A stretch of 64,000 nt of DNA, taken from positions 18,026 to 82,025 of the forward strand of contig JAKAHV010000006.1 of NCBI GenBank assembly GCA_021825295.1, in the 5' to 3' direction. Under the pieces are notes generated by a model. That model was not told where the DNA came from. It did not search any database and saw only the letters and a list, made by a program, of their open reading frames with translations. Both the position numbers and the translations under genes were made by a program. Positions within the stretch are counted from its first letter, which is position 1; the number at the start of each line of letters is the position of its first letter. The DNA comes from Nitrospirota bacterium (GTDB taxonomy: Bacteria > Nitrospirota > Thermodesulfovibrionia > Thermodesulfovibrionales > JdFR-88). Positions 52,667 to 63,747 of this stretch are shown piece after piece.

Positions 52667-52972
52667 TTGGCATCGGGCGGCATCGCTCATGAAAGACGAA
52701 GACAGAGACGCGATCTCACGACCGTGCCCATGAGCTACACCGCGACCCCGTCCGCGGAGGCCGGGCCGCGTAAAAGCGAGTCCGTCAACGGGATAACCCT
52801 GAACATAAGCGACTGCGGTATCTGTTTCTATACCCAGAGCTGCCTGGAAGAGGGCATGCCGGTCATCATCACAAGCAAGGCCATCTGGGACGAGCCAAGG
52901 CAGGGAATGGTAAAGTGGTGCAGGAAGATCACGGAGGAGCTATACCGCGTAGGGGTGACGCTCACCGACTGA
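52667..52972 (+). CDS. PilZ domain protein
   Basis: TTG start after a GGGAGGG SD. It carries the 'RRRQRR' and 'DCG' PilZ-type c-di-GMP binding motifs. Confidence 0.6.
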   Translation: MASGGIAHERRRQRRDLTTVPMSYTATPSAEAGPRKSESVNGITLNISDCGICFYTQSCLEEGMPVIITSKAIWDEPRQGMVKWCRKITEELYRVGVTLTD

Positions 52973-53053
52973 AGACCCGCCCGAGGCCACTCCCGTTTCA
53001 AAACCTTCGGCCGGAGCGTCAGGAAAAATGCGCTTCGTTTCCCGTCCCGCCGG

Positions 53054-54739
<1,686 letters not shown>

Positions 54740-54755
54740 GCCCTTGCGGGGCCGG

Positions 54756-55289
54756 TTAAACCACGTCTTCCCGCTGGAACTCCTTCAGGGTCGGCAGCCC
54801 CGTGAGGTCCTTCAGGCCGAAATGGATGAGGAATTCCTGGGTCGTGCCATACAGCAGCGGTTTGCCTGGCGCCTCTTTCCTGCCCACGATCTTTATGAGC
54901 CTCCTGTCCAGCAGGGTCTTCATCACGCCGTCCGAATTCACACCCCTTAAGGCCTCAAGCTCAGCCTTCGTTATCGGCTGCTTGTAGGCGATTATCGCGA
55001 GGCTCTCCAGGGACGCCTGGGAGAGTTTCGCGGGCTCGGACGCCTTCAGCTTCCTTGCCCATCCGGAGTGGTCCGGGTTAGTGTGCATTATGTATCCGCC
55101 CGCAAGCTGGGTTATGAGCACCCCGCCTCCCCTCTGGCTGTATTCCTCCCTGAGCTCATCGAGGAGGTCTTCGATCTCGTTTTCCGGCAACCCGGTCATC
55201 TCCTTCAGGTCCTTGACGCGCAGGGGTTCGGGAGAGGCAAAAAGAAGGGCCTCCATCATCGCCTTCGGGTTAAAAACTTCATTGTCCAT
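54756..55289 (-). CDS. scpB: Segregation and condensation protein B
   Basis: It has the 'EALLFASPEPL' N-terminus, the 'AIIAYKQPITKAELEALRGV' winged helix and 'LYGTTQEFL'. Confidence 0.88.
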   Translation of the reverse strand: MDNEVFNPKAMMEALLFASPEPLRVKDLKEMTGLPENEIEDLLDELREEYSQRGGGVLITQLAGGYIMHTNPDHSGWARKLKASEPAKLSQASLESLAIIAYKQPITKAELEALRGVNSDGVMKTLLDRRLIKIVGRKEAPGKPLLYGTTQEFLIHFGLKDLTGLPTLKEFQREDVV

Positions 55290-55438
55290 CGGGGAAATAT
55301 AACAGATATGGGTATCTTTTTAAAAATCGAAAAGCAAATGCCTCTTTATTCTTAATGATAACCACTTATTTTTTCGTTGACAATTGAGACCGGCATCCTA
55401 TAGTGTATAGTCGTCTGGAACCTGAAATATGCTGTTAA

Positions 55439-56068
55439 ATGAAAAGGTTAGTGAACAGAGTTCAAGCTCTTTCTGAGGCCATAGTCGGGCAGTCGCCGTG
55501 GATGAACGGCCACTCTATCCGGGTGATGGAATATGCCGTGGCGGCCGGCCTGGAGCTGGGCCTTTCGGGCGAGCCCCTGGAGGCCCTGAAACTTGCCGGC
55601 CTGCTACACGACATAGGCAAGATTGGCACCTGCTCTTGCGTGCTTGAAAAACGCGGACAACTGACGAGCAAGGAATTCGAGCTTGTGAAGCTGCACCCCG
55701 CGCACGGGGCCGACCTGCTTTTGCAGACGGAGACGCTCTCGCGCGTGGCCCTGGTGATAAGGCACCATCACGAACGTTATGACGGCACGGGGTATCCGGA
55801 CAAGCTGGCCGGAGAGGAGATACCGTTTCTCTCCAGGGTGCTTTACGTGGCCGACGCCTTCGACTCGATGACAGCCGACAGGCCATACAGAAAGGCGCCC
55901 GGCAGGGATTACGCCGTAGCCGAGCTGAGGCGCTGCTCCGGCAGCCAGTTTGACCCTCTTGTTGTCGAGGCGTTCCTGAAGATAATGGAAGATTTTCCCC
56001 CGGCCTGCAACAGGGACTTCCTAAGCCGCATTGGAGAAGACCCCGTAGCAGTGTCATCGCTCATCTAG
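55439..56068 (+). CDS. HD-GYP domain protein (putative c-di-GMP phosphodiesterase), no receiver domain
   Basis: It carries 'HSIRV', 'LLHDIGKI' and 'HHERYDGTGYP'. Confidence 0.85.
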   Translation: MKRLVNRVQALSEAIVGQSPWMNGHSIRVMEYAVAAGLELGLSGEPLEALKLAGLLHDIGKIGTCSCVLEKRGQLTSKEFELVKLHPAHGADLLLQTETLSRVALVIRHHHERYDGTGYPDKLAGEEIPFLSRVLYVADAFDSMTADRPYRKAPGRDYAVAELRRCSGSQFDPLVVEAFLKIMEDFPPACNRDFLSRIGEDPVAVSSLI

Positions 56069-56161
56069 CGGATTCGGATATCTCTTCCGGCAATCGATTG
56101 ACAGCCCCTTCCTTTTGACTTAAAGTTTTACAAATAAAAATCCCCGGAGGTATTTTTTTTA

Positions 56162-56320
56162 ATGGACAAATGGAGATGCGAACTCTGCGGCTACATATAC
56201 GATCCCGAAGCCGGGGACCCGGATGGCGGAATAAAACCCGGCACCCCCTTCGAGGAGCTGCCTGACGAATGGGTCTGCCCCGTTTGCGGAGCGGGCAAGG
56301 ACCAGTTTACAAAAATCTGA
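56162..56320 (+). CDS. Rubredoxin
   Basis: This 52-aa ORF is below the track cutoff. It translates to [52 protein letters not shown], which has two CxxC pairs. A TTGACA-17-TAAAGT promoter lies at 56098..56126. Confidence 0.88.
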   Translation: MDKWRCELCGYIYDPEAGDPDGGIKPGTPFEELPDEWVCPVCGAGKDQFTKI

Positions 56321-56337
56321 AGCGAGGTCTGATTGCG

Positions 56338-56850
56338 ATGAAAGAGACAAACATTGTGGAACTTGCGATGAAGACGGAGATGGACGCCATGGATTTCTAT
56401 GCGAGGGCCGCCGGCAAGACAAGCCACCCTGTGGGCAAAAAAATGTTTCTCTCCATAATCGAGGATGAAAAAAGGCACCTGGAGCTGCTTAAATGCATCT
56501 TCTCCGGCATGGACATCGAGCTGCCTGAGGAGACAAGCCCGATGCGGAAGATAAAGACGGTCTTCGAGGAAAACCGCGAGCTTATGCTAGGCTGCGTGGC
56601 GGCAACGACGGACGAGACAGGGGCCCTCGAGATCGCCATGAAGATGGAGAAAGAGAGCGTGGATTTTTACGAAAAGGCCGCGCGGCAGACCGAAAACGCG
56701 CGTGAAAAGACCATCTTCGAAAGGCTCGTGAAGGAAGAGCAAGAGCACTACGAGATATTTTCCAATACCTACCAGTTCCTTGCCGACTCCGGTAACTGGT
56801 TCATGTGGCAGGAACACAGCATCGTGGACGGCGGCACCCCCTGGGCGTAA
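56338..56850 (+). CDS. Rubrerythrin-family diiron (erythrin-like) protein without a rubredoxin domain
   Basis: The start is at MKETNIVELA. It has two E...ExxH diiron half-sites ('EDEKRH' and 'EEQEH'). Confidence 0.75.
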   Translation: MKETNIVELAMKTEMDAMDFYARAAGKTSHPVGKKMFLSIIEDEKRHLELLKCIFSGMDIELPEETSPMRKIKTVFEENRELMLGCVAATTDETGALEIAMKMEKESVDFYEKAARQTENAREKTIFERLVKEEQEHYEIFSNTYQFLADSGNWFMWQEHSIVDGGTPWA

Positions 56851-56953
56851 AACCCGAAGGGCTGCCCCTGCCCTTTCATCCCCAAGAATATGCCGTCCAA
56901 AATTTCCCGGCATAAATCCGTTCAAGTCCTGAAAATACCCGCTCGCGTTATCA

Positions 56954-57077
56954 GGGGTGCGGCTGGCAGTGAGCGAGGCGCGCCCTGGGGGCCGACGCGA
57001 AATCCCGCCAACGCCGGCCTTGCGGGATGGAGTGTGCGGCCCACATTGGCGCAAGGAGCGAACCGTTAGCCGCACCC
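56954..57077. repeat. Z element: ~125-bp hairpin repeat with GGGGTGCGGCT / AGCCGCACCC termini
   Basis: It occurs once in the window. It contains a related core hairpin, ATCCCGC-N13-GCGGGAT. Confidence 0.5.
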
Positions 57078-57134
57078 GGGAACAATTCGCCGGAAGAGCT
57101 TATTGATATTCCCTGCGGCAAGCCCCCTCCGCCC

Positions 57135-57302
57135 CTACCAGCAGAAAACCTTCCCGGCGGCCTCGACGGCGCGCAGAAGCTCATCAGGGTCGAACCCCCT
57201 GAAAAGCTCAAATACCCGCACCTCGTTTTCCTTCACGTGGGCCTCGATGACCTTTCGTACAAACTCCCCGGGCTCCGTCTTCAGTATGTGAACTATTATC
57301 AT
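57135..57302 (-). CDS. 55-aa protein, possible DsrH/TusB-like remnant
   Basis: This ORF is below the track cutoff. It translates to MIIVHILKTEPGEFVRKVIEAHVKENEVRVFELFRGFDPDELLRAVEAAGKVFCW. Its ATG lies 1 nt after the upstream stop. Confidence 0.35.
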   Translation of the reverse strand: MIIVHILKTEPGEFVRKVIEAHVKENEVRVFELFRGFDPDELLRAVEAAGKVFCW

Positions 57303-57303
57303 A

Positions 57304-57591
57304 CTAGTAGGCAATCACGACCTCGTAACCTAGAAGCAACCCTGGCATGGCATCCTCGTCCACCCGCGTGAACTCATCGGCCTCGCAGAGGGAGAAAAGC
57401 CCCGCCCCCATCGCCCGGAGCATCTCCATGTTCATACGGTTCTGCTCCGTCCGGGCCGGGCCGGCCCCCGTGAGATAGACGTCCACCCTGTCGTCAAACA
57501 GGGTAAGCCCCAGTGCCATCCTCAGGGCCTCATCCGTCCTCTGCCTTACTATTACCGCTATCTTCTTTTTGCCCAGGCCAGCCATCTTCAA
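57304..57591 (-). CDS. DsrF/TusC-like small protein (95 aa)
   Basis: It has a DsrE/F-fold-like pattern ('KIAVIVRQ...ALRMALGL...VDVYLTGAG') and an ATGA overlap with the upstream gene. Confidence 0.5.
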   Translation of the reverse strand: MKMAGLGKKKIAVIVRQRTDEALRMALGLTLFDDRVDVYLTGAGPARTEQNRMNMEMLRAMGAGLFSLCEADEFTRVDEDAMPGLLLGYEVVIAY

Positions 57592-57878
57592 AATACCAGA
57601 AGGCGGTCACACCAGCGCACCATGCTTATGTTGTCGTACTGGCTTCCCGCCTGTATCGCATCGGGCAGCTCCAGGTTCCTCTGCCCGCGGTTCAGATCGC
57701 ACATGTTCACCTTTATCCTGCCGGCCACCGCCTTCACAAACTCCGCGTCCTGCGCCATGAAACAGCCGTCGTCCATGAGAAACACGCTCACCTCGTCTCC
57801 CCTGCCGACGGCCGCCCGGAGTATCGGGATTACCATCCCCCCGAAAGCGGAGTCCGTTATCAGAATACCCAGTTTCAT
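57588..57878 (-). CDS. DsrE/TusD-like small protein (96 aa)
   Basis: It carries 'MKLGILITDSAFGG', 'VFLMDDGCFMA' and a candidate persulfide Cys in 'IKVNMCDLNRGQR'. Confidence 0.55.
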   Translation of the reverse strand: MKLGILITDSAFGGMVIPILRAAVGRGDEVSVFLMDDGCFMAQDAEFVKAVAGRIKVNMCDLNRGQRNLELPDAIQAGSQYDNISMVRWCDRLLVF

Positions 57879-57885
57879 CCTTTGA

Positions 57886-57914
57886 ATTATATCAAACGCA
57901 TTTTAGAAAGTAAA
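57886..57914 (-). promoter_or_regulatory. Promoter of the DsrE-like trio (TTTACT-17-TATAAT), predicted leaderless
   Basis: On the minus strand the -10 TATAAT lies at 57891..57886 and ends 7 nt before the ATG at 57878. Confidence 0.45.
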
Positions 57915-58082
57915 AACTTTACATATCGTTTTTTATGGTTTTTACCGCCATTTTTGAAAAAATCTTTCATTTTTTGTCCTTTTTATCTAAAAAAATCCGG
58001 TCAAAATGAAAATTTTCGGATCAAAAATTGACATTTTTTATTTTTTTGCTGAAAATAAGTCATCTAAATATTGGAGGGCCTG

Positions 58083-59747
58083 ATGGCAACTTTCCAGAAA
58101 AAACCTTTAGCGGCGTGGAGGGCGGTGATTGAGTCCGCCTTTCTGGCTAACTCTGTCAGAAAAACGACGATGGCGGAACTCTATCATCTCTCGCTGAAAC
58201 AGCCGGAGGTGATCGTCACGACCGAGCCGATGTACAAGCCCGAGCAGTTCGGTCTGCCTGCGGATGCGAAGGTGCTCATTTCAAACGATGGCGGGGTGGT
58301 CGGCCGGACCGCGAAGGCCAGGAAGCTGGTCCGTGAGCTTTCTAAAGAGGAGAGGGAAAAGCTGCACGGCGTCCTGCTGGAGGCGATGTACCGGCTCAAC
58401 CGCCGTCCCGCGCTCTGGCTGGAGGGGATAGTCGGGCTGCATCCCAGCTTCATGATAAAGGCCCACTTCCTCTGTCCGGAGACCGACGCTAAAAACATGC
58501 TCGACTGGGGCCTGAACTTCACGCCCTTCATGGAGCCGTGGGCAACCATGTTCAGGAAATCCAAGGTGCTCAATGAGCCGGACATACTGGTGGTGGCGGA
58601 CCCCGAATGGAGGCACCCGGATTACCCGAGCGGCCTTGTGCTCATCGACGAGCGCGAAAACTGCATCGCCATCCTCGGCATGAGGTATTTCGGCGAGAGG
58701 AAGAAAGGCACGCTCACCCTGGCATGGACAATCGGCGTGCGCCACAATATGGTGGCCTGCCATGGCGGCATAAAGACCATAGGGGACAACCCGCCCGTGG
58801 CGGTCTTCGGGCTTTCGGGCTCCGGAAAGTCCTCCATAACGAACAGCCTGGACCACGAGGGCACACTGAGGCCCGATGAAAGCGTGACGGTCGTCCACGA
58901 CGACGCCTTCCTCATAGACTTCGAAAACAACCTTTCCACGGCGCTCGAGCCGTCCCTCTTCGACAAGACCGACGCCGTAAAGTTCAATGACCCCATCATC
59001 AGGTATTTCTATTCCGCCCAGAATGTAGCCGTCCTTGAAACACCCGACGGCGATCGGAAGATCATAGCCGAGGACATAAGAAACGACAACGGCCGGTGCA
59101 TAAAATCCCGCGACATGTTCAACCACGCGGACCACTGCGCCGCGCCGGGCAAGGTCATATGGCTTCAGAAAGACACCAGCCTGCCGCCTATCTGCCGCGT
59201 GAATTCGGCGGGGCTCGCTGTATCGATGGGGGCATCGCTGTCCACCCTGAGGGCAAAGGGGGTGGAGAACGTGGAGGCGAAGGAGCTGAACAAGCTCGTC
59301 ATAGAGCCCTTCGCTAACCCCTTCCGGGTGCATCCCCTTGTGCTTGACTGCCAGCAATTCATGAAACTCTTCAAGGCGGGCTGCGAATGCTATATCATGA
59401 ACACGCACGCCTTCGGGCTTCCGGGCGGCCTTGTGGACATCCCCAAGGAGCTTTCCCTGAAGATAATGACGGAGCTTGTGCGCGGCAACATCGAGTGGCG
59501 CGACTGGAAGCGCTTCTCCGGCCTCTCCATACCCAAAAACGGCAACGACCTCTTCGGCCCGGATTACGACAAGAAATACAAGCCGCCCAGGGACCAGGCC
59601 TACATGGGGTTCTTGCGGGACCGGATGCAGGACAGGATCACCTATCTCTCCAACAAGAGGGACCTGGAGCAGGACATGGACAGCTCCTTCATTGATCCGC
59701 TCGTGGTGGCGAGGACCGTCATAGACAAGGTGCTGAACCCGGTATAG
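58083..59747 (+). CDS. pckA: Phosphoenolpyruvate carboxykinase (ATP) family protein, divergent
   Basis: The start is at MATFQKK after a GGAGGG SD. It carries 'MRYFGERKKG', the 'FGLSGSGKSS' P-loop and 'HDDAF'. A TTGACA-17-GAAAAT promoter lies at 58028..58056. Confidence 0.7.
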   Translation: MATFQKKPLAAWRAVIESAFLANSVRKTTMAELYHLSLKQPEVIVTTEPMYKPEQFGLPADAKVLISNDGGVVGRTAKARKLVRELSKEEREKLHGVLLEAMYRLNRRPALWLEGIVGLHPSFMIKAHFLCPETDAKNMLDWGLNFTPFMEPWATMFRKSKVLNEPDILVVADPEWRHPDYPSGLVLIDERENCIAILGMRYFGERKKGTLTLAWTIGVRHNMVACHGGIKTIGDNPPVAVFGLSGSGKSSITNSLDHEGTLRPDESVTVVHDDAFLIDFENNLSTALEPSLFDKTDAVKFNDPIIRYFYSAQNVAVLETPDGDRKIIAEDIRNDNGRCIKSRDMFNHADHCAAPGKVIWLQKDTSLPPICRVNSAGLAVSMGASLSTLRAKGVENVEAKELNKLVIEPFANPFRVHPLVLDCQQFMKLFKAGCECYIMNTHAFGLPGGLVDIPKELSLKIMTELVRGNIEWRDWKRFSGLSIPKNGNDLFGPDYDKKYKPPRDQAYMGFLRDRMQDRITYLSNKRDLEQDMDSSFIDPLVVARTVIDKVLNPV

Positions 59748-59759
59748 CGGCCCCTTGTC

Positions 59760-60146
59760 CTATTTGAGATTGGAATTGATCCTGTCGAGGATCATGCGGG
59801 ATTTGTCCTTGTCCCCTATGAGCCCCACGCGGATGCCCAGTTTCGAGGTCGAGCCGGTGACGGAATCTATGCTGATGAGCACATCCTCGCCGGTGGCAAG
59901 CCTGGATTTCACCCTGGCCGTGAGCTTGTCGTGCCTGTCTTCGAGCACGGGCATCCCGAGGTCTTTCAGGGCCCGGATGGTGGCTGCATACGTCTTGTCC
60001 GCGGAGCGGTTTACATCCTCCCTAAGCTCGCCGTTTATATAGGTGATCCCCCCGGCCCCGATTATGCCCCCGGCGACCACCGCCGCGCACGCGGCCATGC
60101 ACGCAATCGTGCATAAGGCCATGAGCGCCCTGCCTGCCGTCCTCAT
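59760..60146 (-). CDS. Lipoprotein (DUF3568-like)
   Basis: The start is at MRTAGRALMALCTIACMAAC (lipobox). Confidence 0.6.
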   Translation of the reverse strand: MRTAGRALMALCTIACMAACAAVVAGGIIGAGGITYINGELREDVNRSADKTYAATIRALKDLGMPVLEDRHDKLTARVKSRLATGEDVLISIDSVTGSTSKLGIRVGLIGDKDKSRMILDRINSNLK

Positions 60147-60292
60147 GATTTTCCTCCTCGTTTTCCCGGACTGGATCCGGTTTTTACTAGATTTTAGCGG
60201 CCGGGCCGGGCTTGTCAACGCCCGCCATGAAAAAATGTTAATCTATATATTAAAATTCGGGGGTTGGAATTCCCCGCTTCCCGCAAGATGGC

Positions 60293-60979
60293 ATGATGGA
60301 TAGTGTGCTCAGACAGATAGCGGTATCGCTTGTCCCGATACTGATAGCCGTCACCTTTCACGAGGTGGCGCACGGGTTTGTTGCCTATCTGCAGGGTGAC
60401 AGGACGGCAAAGTCGATGGGAAGGCTCACCCTGAATCCGATTGCGCACATCGACCCCATAGGCACCGTGCTCATGCCGCTTGCGCTTCTGGTCCTCACCA
60501 GGGGACAGTTTGTATTCGGCTACGCCAAACCGGTCCCGATAAACCCGTACAATTTCAAAAACCCCAGGAAAGGCCTGGCCCTGAGCGCCATCGCCGGGCC
60601 TGCAATGAACTTCATACTCGCCATCATATGCGGGGTCCTGCTTACATGGGTGATCGTCCCCCTGGCCGGCACGCTAAACCCCGCGCTCGTCTTCAGGGTC
60701 CTCTCGCCGGTCGGGGCGATGCTCAGGCAGGGCGTCTGGATAAACCTCCTGCTGGCCGCCTTCAATCTGATACCCATCCCGCCGCTTGACGGCGGAAGGG
60801 TGCTGGCCGGCATACTGCCCTCCAGGCAGGCCTATGCGCTTGAAAGGCTGGAACGCTACGGCTTCATAATAGTCATCCTCCTGATCGCGACCGGCGTTGC
60901 CTCCTATTTCATCAACCCCGTGATGGGACTCCTGACGGCGGTCCTGAACATCTTCACAAAAGGAGGCTTTGGAATATGA
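60293..60979 (+). CDS. Site-2 protease family (M50) membrane metalloprotease
   Basis: It carries the 'HEVAHG' zinc motif and 'NLIPIPPLDGGRV'. Confidence 0.85.
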   Translation: MMDSVLRQIAVSLVPILIAVTFHEVAHGFVAYLQGDRTAKSMGRLTLNPIAHIDPIGTVLMPLALLVLTRGQFVFGYAKPVPINPYNFKNPRKGLALSAIAGPAMNFILAIICGVLLTWVIVPLAGTLNPALVFRVLSPVGAMLRQGVWINLLLAAFNLIPIPPLDGGRVLAGILPSRQAYALERLERYGFIIVILLIATGVASYFINPVMGLLTAVLNIFTKGGFGI

Positions 60980-61956
60980 AACGCATCCTGAGCGGTATGC
61001 AGGCAAGCGGCAGGCTCCATCTCGGCAACCTTGTGGGGGCTCTGCAGAACTGGGTACGGCTCCAGGACTCGTATTCTTGCTACTACTTCGTCGCAGACTG
61101 GCACGCCCTTACCTCCGGCTATGAAAACCCCCGCGCGATAAACGAAAGCACGATGGACCTGCTTTTAAACTTCCTGGCGGCCGGGCTCGATCCGGAGATA
61201 TGCACGATCTTTGTCCAGTCGATGGTGCCGCAGCACGCGGAGCTGCACCTGATATTGTCGATGATGACGCCCCTGGGATGGCTGGAGCGTGTCCCCACAT
61301 ACAAGGAAAAGAAGGAGGAGATCACGGACAGGGACTTGTCCACCTACGGCTTCCTGGGATACCCAGTGCTCCAGTCCGCGGACATCCTCCTGTACAAGGC
61401 GGACTATGTCCCCGTGGGGGCCGATCAATTGCCGCACCTGGAGATAACCAGGGAGATAGCCAGGAGGTTCAACCACTTCTACGGCGAGGTGCTGCCCGAG
61501 CCGGAGGCGCTGCTGACCCGGTACCCCAAGGTGCCGGGCGTGGACGGCAGGAAGATGAGCAAGAGCTACGGAAACGCCATCTACTTAAGCGACAGCCCGA
61601 AGGAAGTGGAACAGAAGATAAGGACGATGATGACCGACCCGGCCCGGAAACTCCGCACGGACCCCGGCAACCCGGAGCTGTGCCCCGTCTACCACCTGCA
61701 CAAGGTCTTCTCCACTTCGGAGCAGCAGGACTGGGTAGTGAAGGGGTGCACAAGCGCGGGCATCGGCTGCATTGACTGCAAAAAGGTGCTCATCGGCAAT
61801 GTCCTGGGCGTGCTGAATCCCATCCGGGAAAAACGGCAGGCGCTCATGGAAAACCCCGCCCGCCTGAGAGAGATCGCGATGGAGGGCTCGAAGAAGGCCT
61901 GCGCCGCGGCGCAGCAAACCATGGCCGCGGTAAAGGATGCGCTGGGCTGGTTCTGA
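60976..61956 (+). CDS. trpS: Tryptophan--tRNA ligase
   Basis: It carries the HIGH-type motif 'SGRLHLGNLVGA' and the KMSKS motif 'KMSKS'. Confidence 0.93.
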   Translation: MKRILSGMQASGRLHLGNLVGALQNWVRLQDSYSCYYFVADWHALTSGYENPRAINESTMDLLLNFLAAGLDPEICTIFVQSMVPQHAELHLILSMMTPLGWLERVPTYKEKKEEITDRDLSTYGFLGYPVLQSADILLYKADYVPVGADQLPHLEITREIARRFNHFYGEVLPEPEALLTRYPKVPGVDGRKMSKSYGNAIYLSDSPKEVEQKIRTMMTDPARKLRTDPGNPELCPVYHLHKVFSTSEQQDWVVKGCTSAGIGCIDCKKVLIGNVLGVLNPIREKRQALMENPARLREIAMEGSKKACAAAQQTMAAVKDALGWF

Positions 61957-61985
61957 GGAAGTGAAGGCCGGCTCAAAAAGGGGGA

Positions 61986-62336
61986 TCACTGCATATGCCG
62001 CTCCAGGTATTCCCTCAGCGCGTTCGCGTTGTTGCACTCCTCGTACCTGGCGCCGTAAAGCAGGGTGACAGTGCCCCCGCGGCTTTTTTCGGCTATTTCC
62101 CTTAGCAGGCCGTCCTTTCCCTTCAGCTCCGTGAAGAAACGCCTCTTGAACTCCTCGCATTTCCCGGGCTCGTGGCCGAACCACTTCCTGAGCTCCGTGC
62201 TTGGCGCGATATCCTTCAGCCACAAATCGACCTTTGCCTGCTCCTTCTTAAGCCCCCTAGGCCATATCCTGTCAACTAGCACACGGTAGCCATCCGCATG
62301 GTCCGGCTTGTCATAAACCCGCTTGGTCCTGATCAT
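61986..62336 (-). CDS. DUF488 family protein
   Basis: The start is at MIRTKRVYD. It carries '[17 protein letters not shown]...[17 protein letters not shown]'. Confidence 0.8.
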   Translation of the reverse strand: MIRTKRVYDKPDHADGYRVLVDRIWPRGLKKEQAKVDLWLKDIAPSTELRKWFGHEPGKCEEFKRRFFTELKGKDGLLREIAEKSRGGTVTLLYGARYEECNNANALREYLERHMQ

Positions 62337-62455
62337 GAAAATCAAAAAACCTCCTTTCCGCAAATGTTCCCGATATAAATTATCCTACAAACACGCGGCT
62401 TGCTCCAGTGCCGTAAATACGAAAACAGGAGCCGCAATTGGCAAGGGGCTGATAT

Positions 62456-62780
62456 GAAATGCCCCGCCTTGCCCCACAAATTCACGCAGGCCCAATCGGC
62501 AAAAAAGTGCTGTTACAGCACCGTTTTCATGAACTGTTTATCTGGACAATGCCACGGCCTGGCGGATTATGATAGGGACGGCAGTGCTTTTCAAGAAGCC
62601 CTGCCGTTGGCAGGGAAAGGAGTTTTTATGGGGAAGATCAGTCGCGGGCGAGAAATGCAATTAACCGTCATAAACCCGGGTGTCCGATTGAACGCTTTGA
62701 ACAGCCAGGCTAAAAAAGTTGTTATAAAAGCATAGGTTGCGGTTTTCATCTTGAACGGAAAACGCAAAAAAAGGCAATGG
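62456..62780 (+). repeat. Cassette copy B: X-TIR remnant, promoter-like block, hairpin, SD and 35-codon ORF, but lacking the HTH gene
   Basis: It is paralogous to the flanks of 7185..7918. The X remnant 'CCCCGCCTTGCCCCACAAATTCACGCAG' lies at about 62461..62489. The short ORF spans 62628..62735. Confidence 0.7.
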
Positions 62781-62845
62781 CGCATCCTGCATCCCGCCGG
62801 GATTCAGTGGAAGCTGAATTGTGGGCGTATGCGTACTAACCAAAC

Positions 62846-62892
62846 AGGACATTTCTATTTGCACAGAAACAGAATAGGACATTTTCTATTTG
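62846..62892 (+). repeat. Two direct repeats AGGACATTT(T)CTATTTG spaced 30 bp, abutting a TTGACA hexamer (62896..62901)
   Basis: I read them directly from the sequence. They are candidate operator or activator sites. Confidence 0.45.
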
Positions 62893-63146
62893 GCGTTGAC
62901 AAATCGGCAAAACTTGATAAAAAACTGCCCTTTTGTTTATTATGCAACGGCAAGTAGTCAGCAAATTGGAGCAGGGCTTTAAAATGCTGATTTTATCAGC
63001 AAAAACAAGGTCCTCTTTGAGCATGGCAGTTGCAAGGCAACAGGCAGGCGTCATATAAGAAAAAGAGAGTTGGCAGGGATGAATTCCAGCCGATGATACC
63101 CGATCAGGAAAAAGAAAAAATATATTTTTTCAAGGAGGAAGGAAAA

Positions 63147-63746
63147 GTGAGGATTTCCAGCCGGTTTTCGTTAATTCTGATAATAGGGCTCCTGCTGGTT
63201 GCCGCCGGATGCGCGAGCGCTCCGGCAAAACCCGGCTTTACGCCGATACAGAAGCTGGGTGCCCCGAAATGGGTGTTCGGCTCCGCGGGTTCCGGCAACG
63301 GCAAGTACCTCTATGCCGTAGGCTCGTGCTCCAATATAAACAACAACCTGTCGCTTCTCATCCAGACCGCGGACAACCGGGCCAAAAACGCAATGGCTTC
63401 CCAATTCAGGGTTTATACCGCGTCTCTCATGAAGGATTACGCATCCAGCACTGAAAAAGGCGGGGCAAGCGCCTCGTCGGAGGAGCAGCTTGTGGAGCAG
63501 GCGATAAAGACGGTGACCGCGATGACCCTTTCCGGCGTGCAGATCGTGGACCATTGGCAGAACCCGCAGGACGGCACATTGTTTTCGCTCGCCAGGCTGG
63601 ATTTCCAGGCCTTCAGCAACAACATCTCGAAGATGAAAGAGCTGGACGAAAAGACCAAAAAGTACATCAGAAGGGATGCCGACCGGCTCCACAGCCAGCT
63701 CAGCAAGGAGGAACAGAAAGTAAACGGGGGGCAGGCGGCGGAATAA
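63147..63746 (+). CDS. Lipoprotein, LPP20-like (tentative)
   Basis: GTG start after an AAGGAGGAAGG SD, with the lipobox 'LLVAAGCAS'. The alternative ATG at 63093 is less likely. Confidence 0.5.
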   Translation: MRISSRFSLILIIGLLLVAAGCASAPAKPGFTPIQKLGAPKWVFGSAGSGNGKYLYAVGSCSNINNNLSLLIQTADNRAKNAMASQFRVYTASLMKDYASSTEKGGASASSEEQLVEQAIKTVTAMTLSGVQIVDHWQNPQDGTLFSLARLDFQAFSNNISKMKELDEKTKKYIRRDADRLHSQLSKEEQKVNGGQAAE

Positions 63747-63747
63747 A

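Noticed and set aside
63024-63039. A sigma-54-like sequence, TGGCAGTTGCAAGGCA, upstream of the LPP20-like lipoprotein gene.
   Set aside because: The GG-N10-GC spacing is right, but both half-sites deviate (TGGCAG, and AGGCA instead of TTGCA). There is no adjacent enhancer-binding-protein gene, so the evidence is too weak to call.
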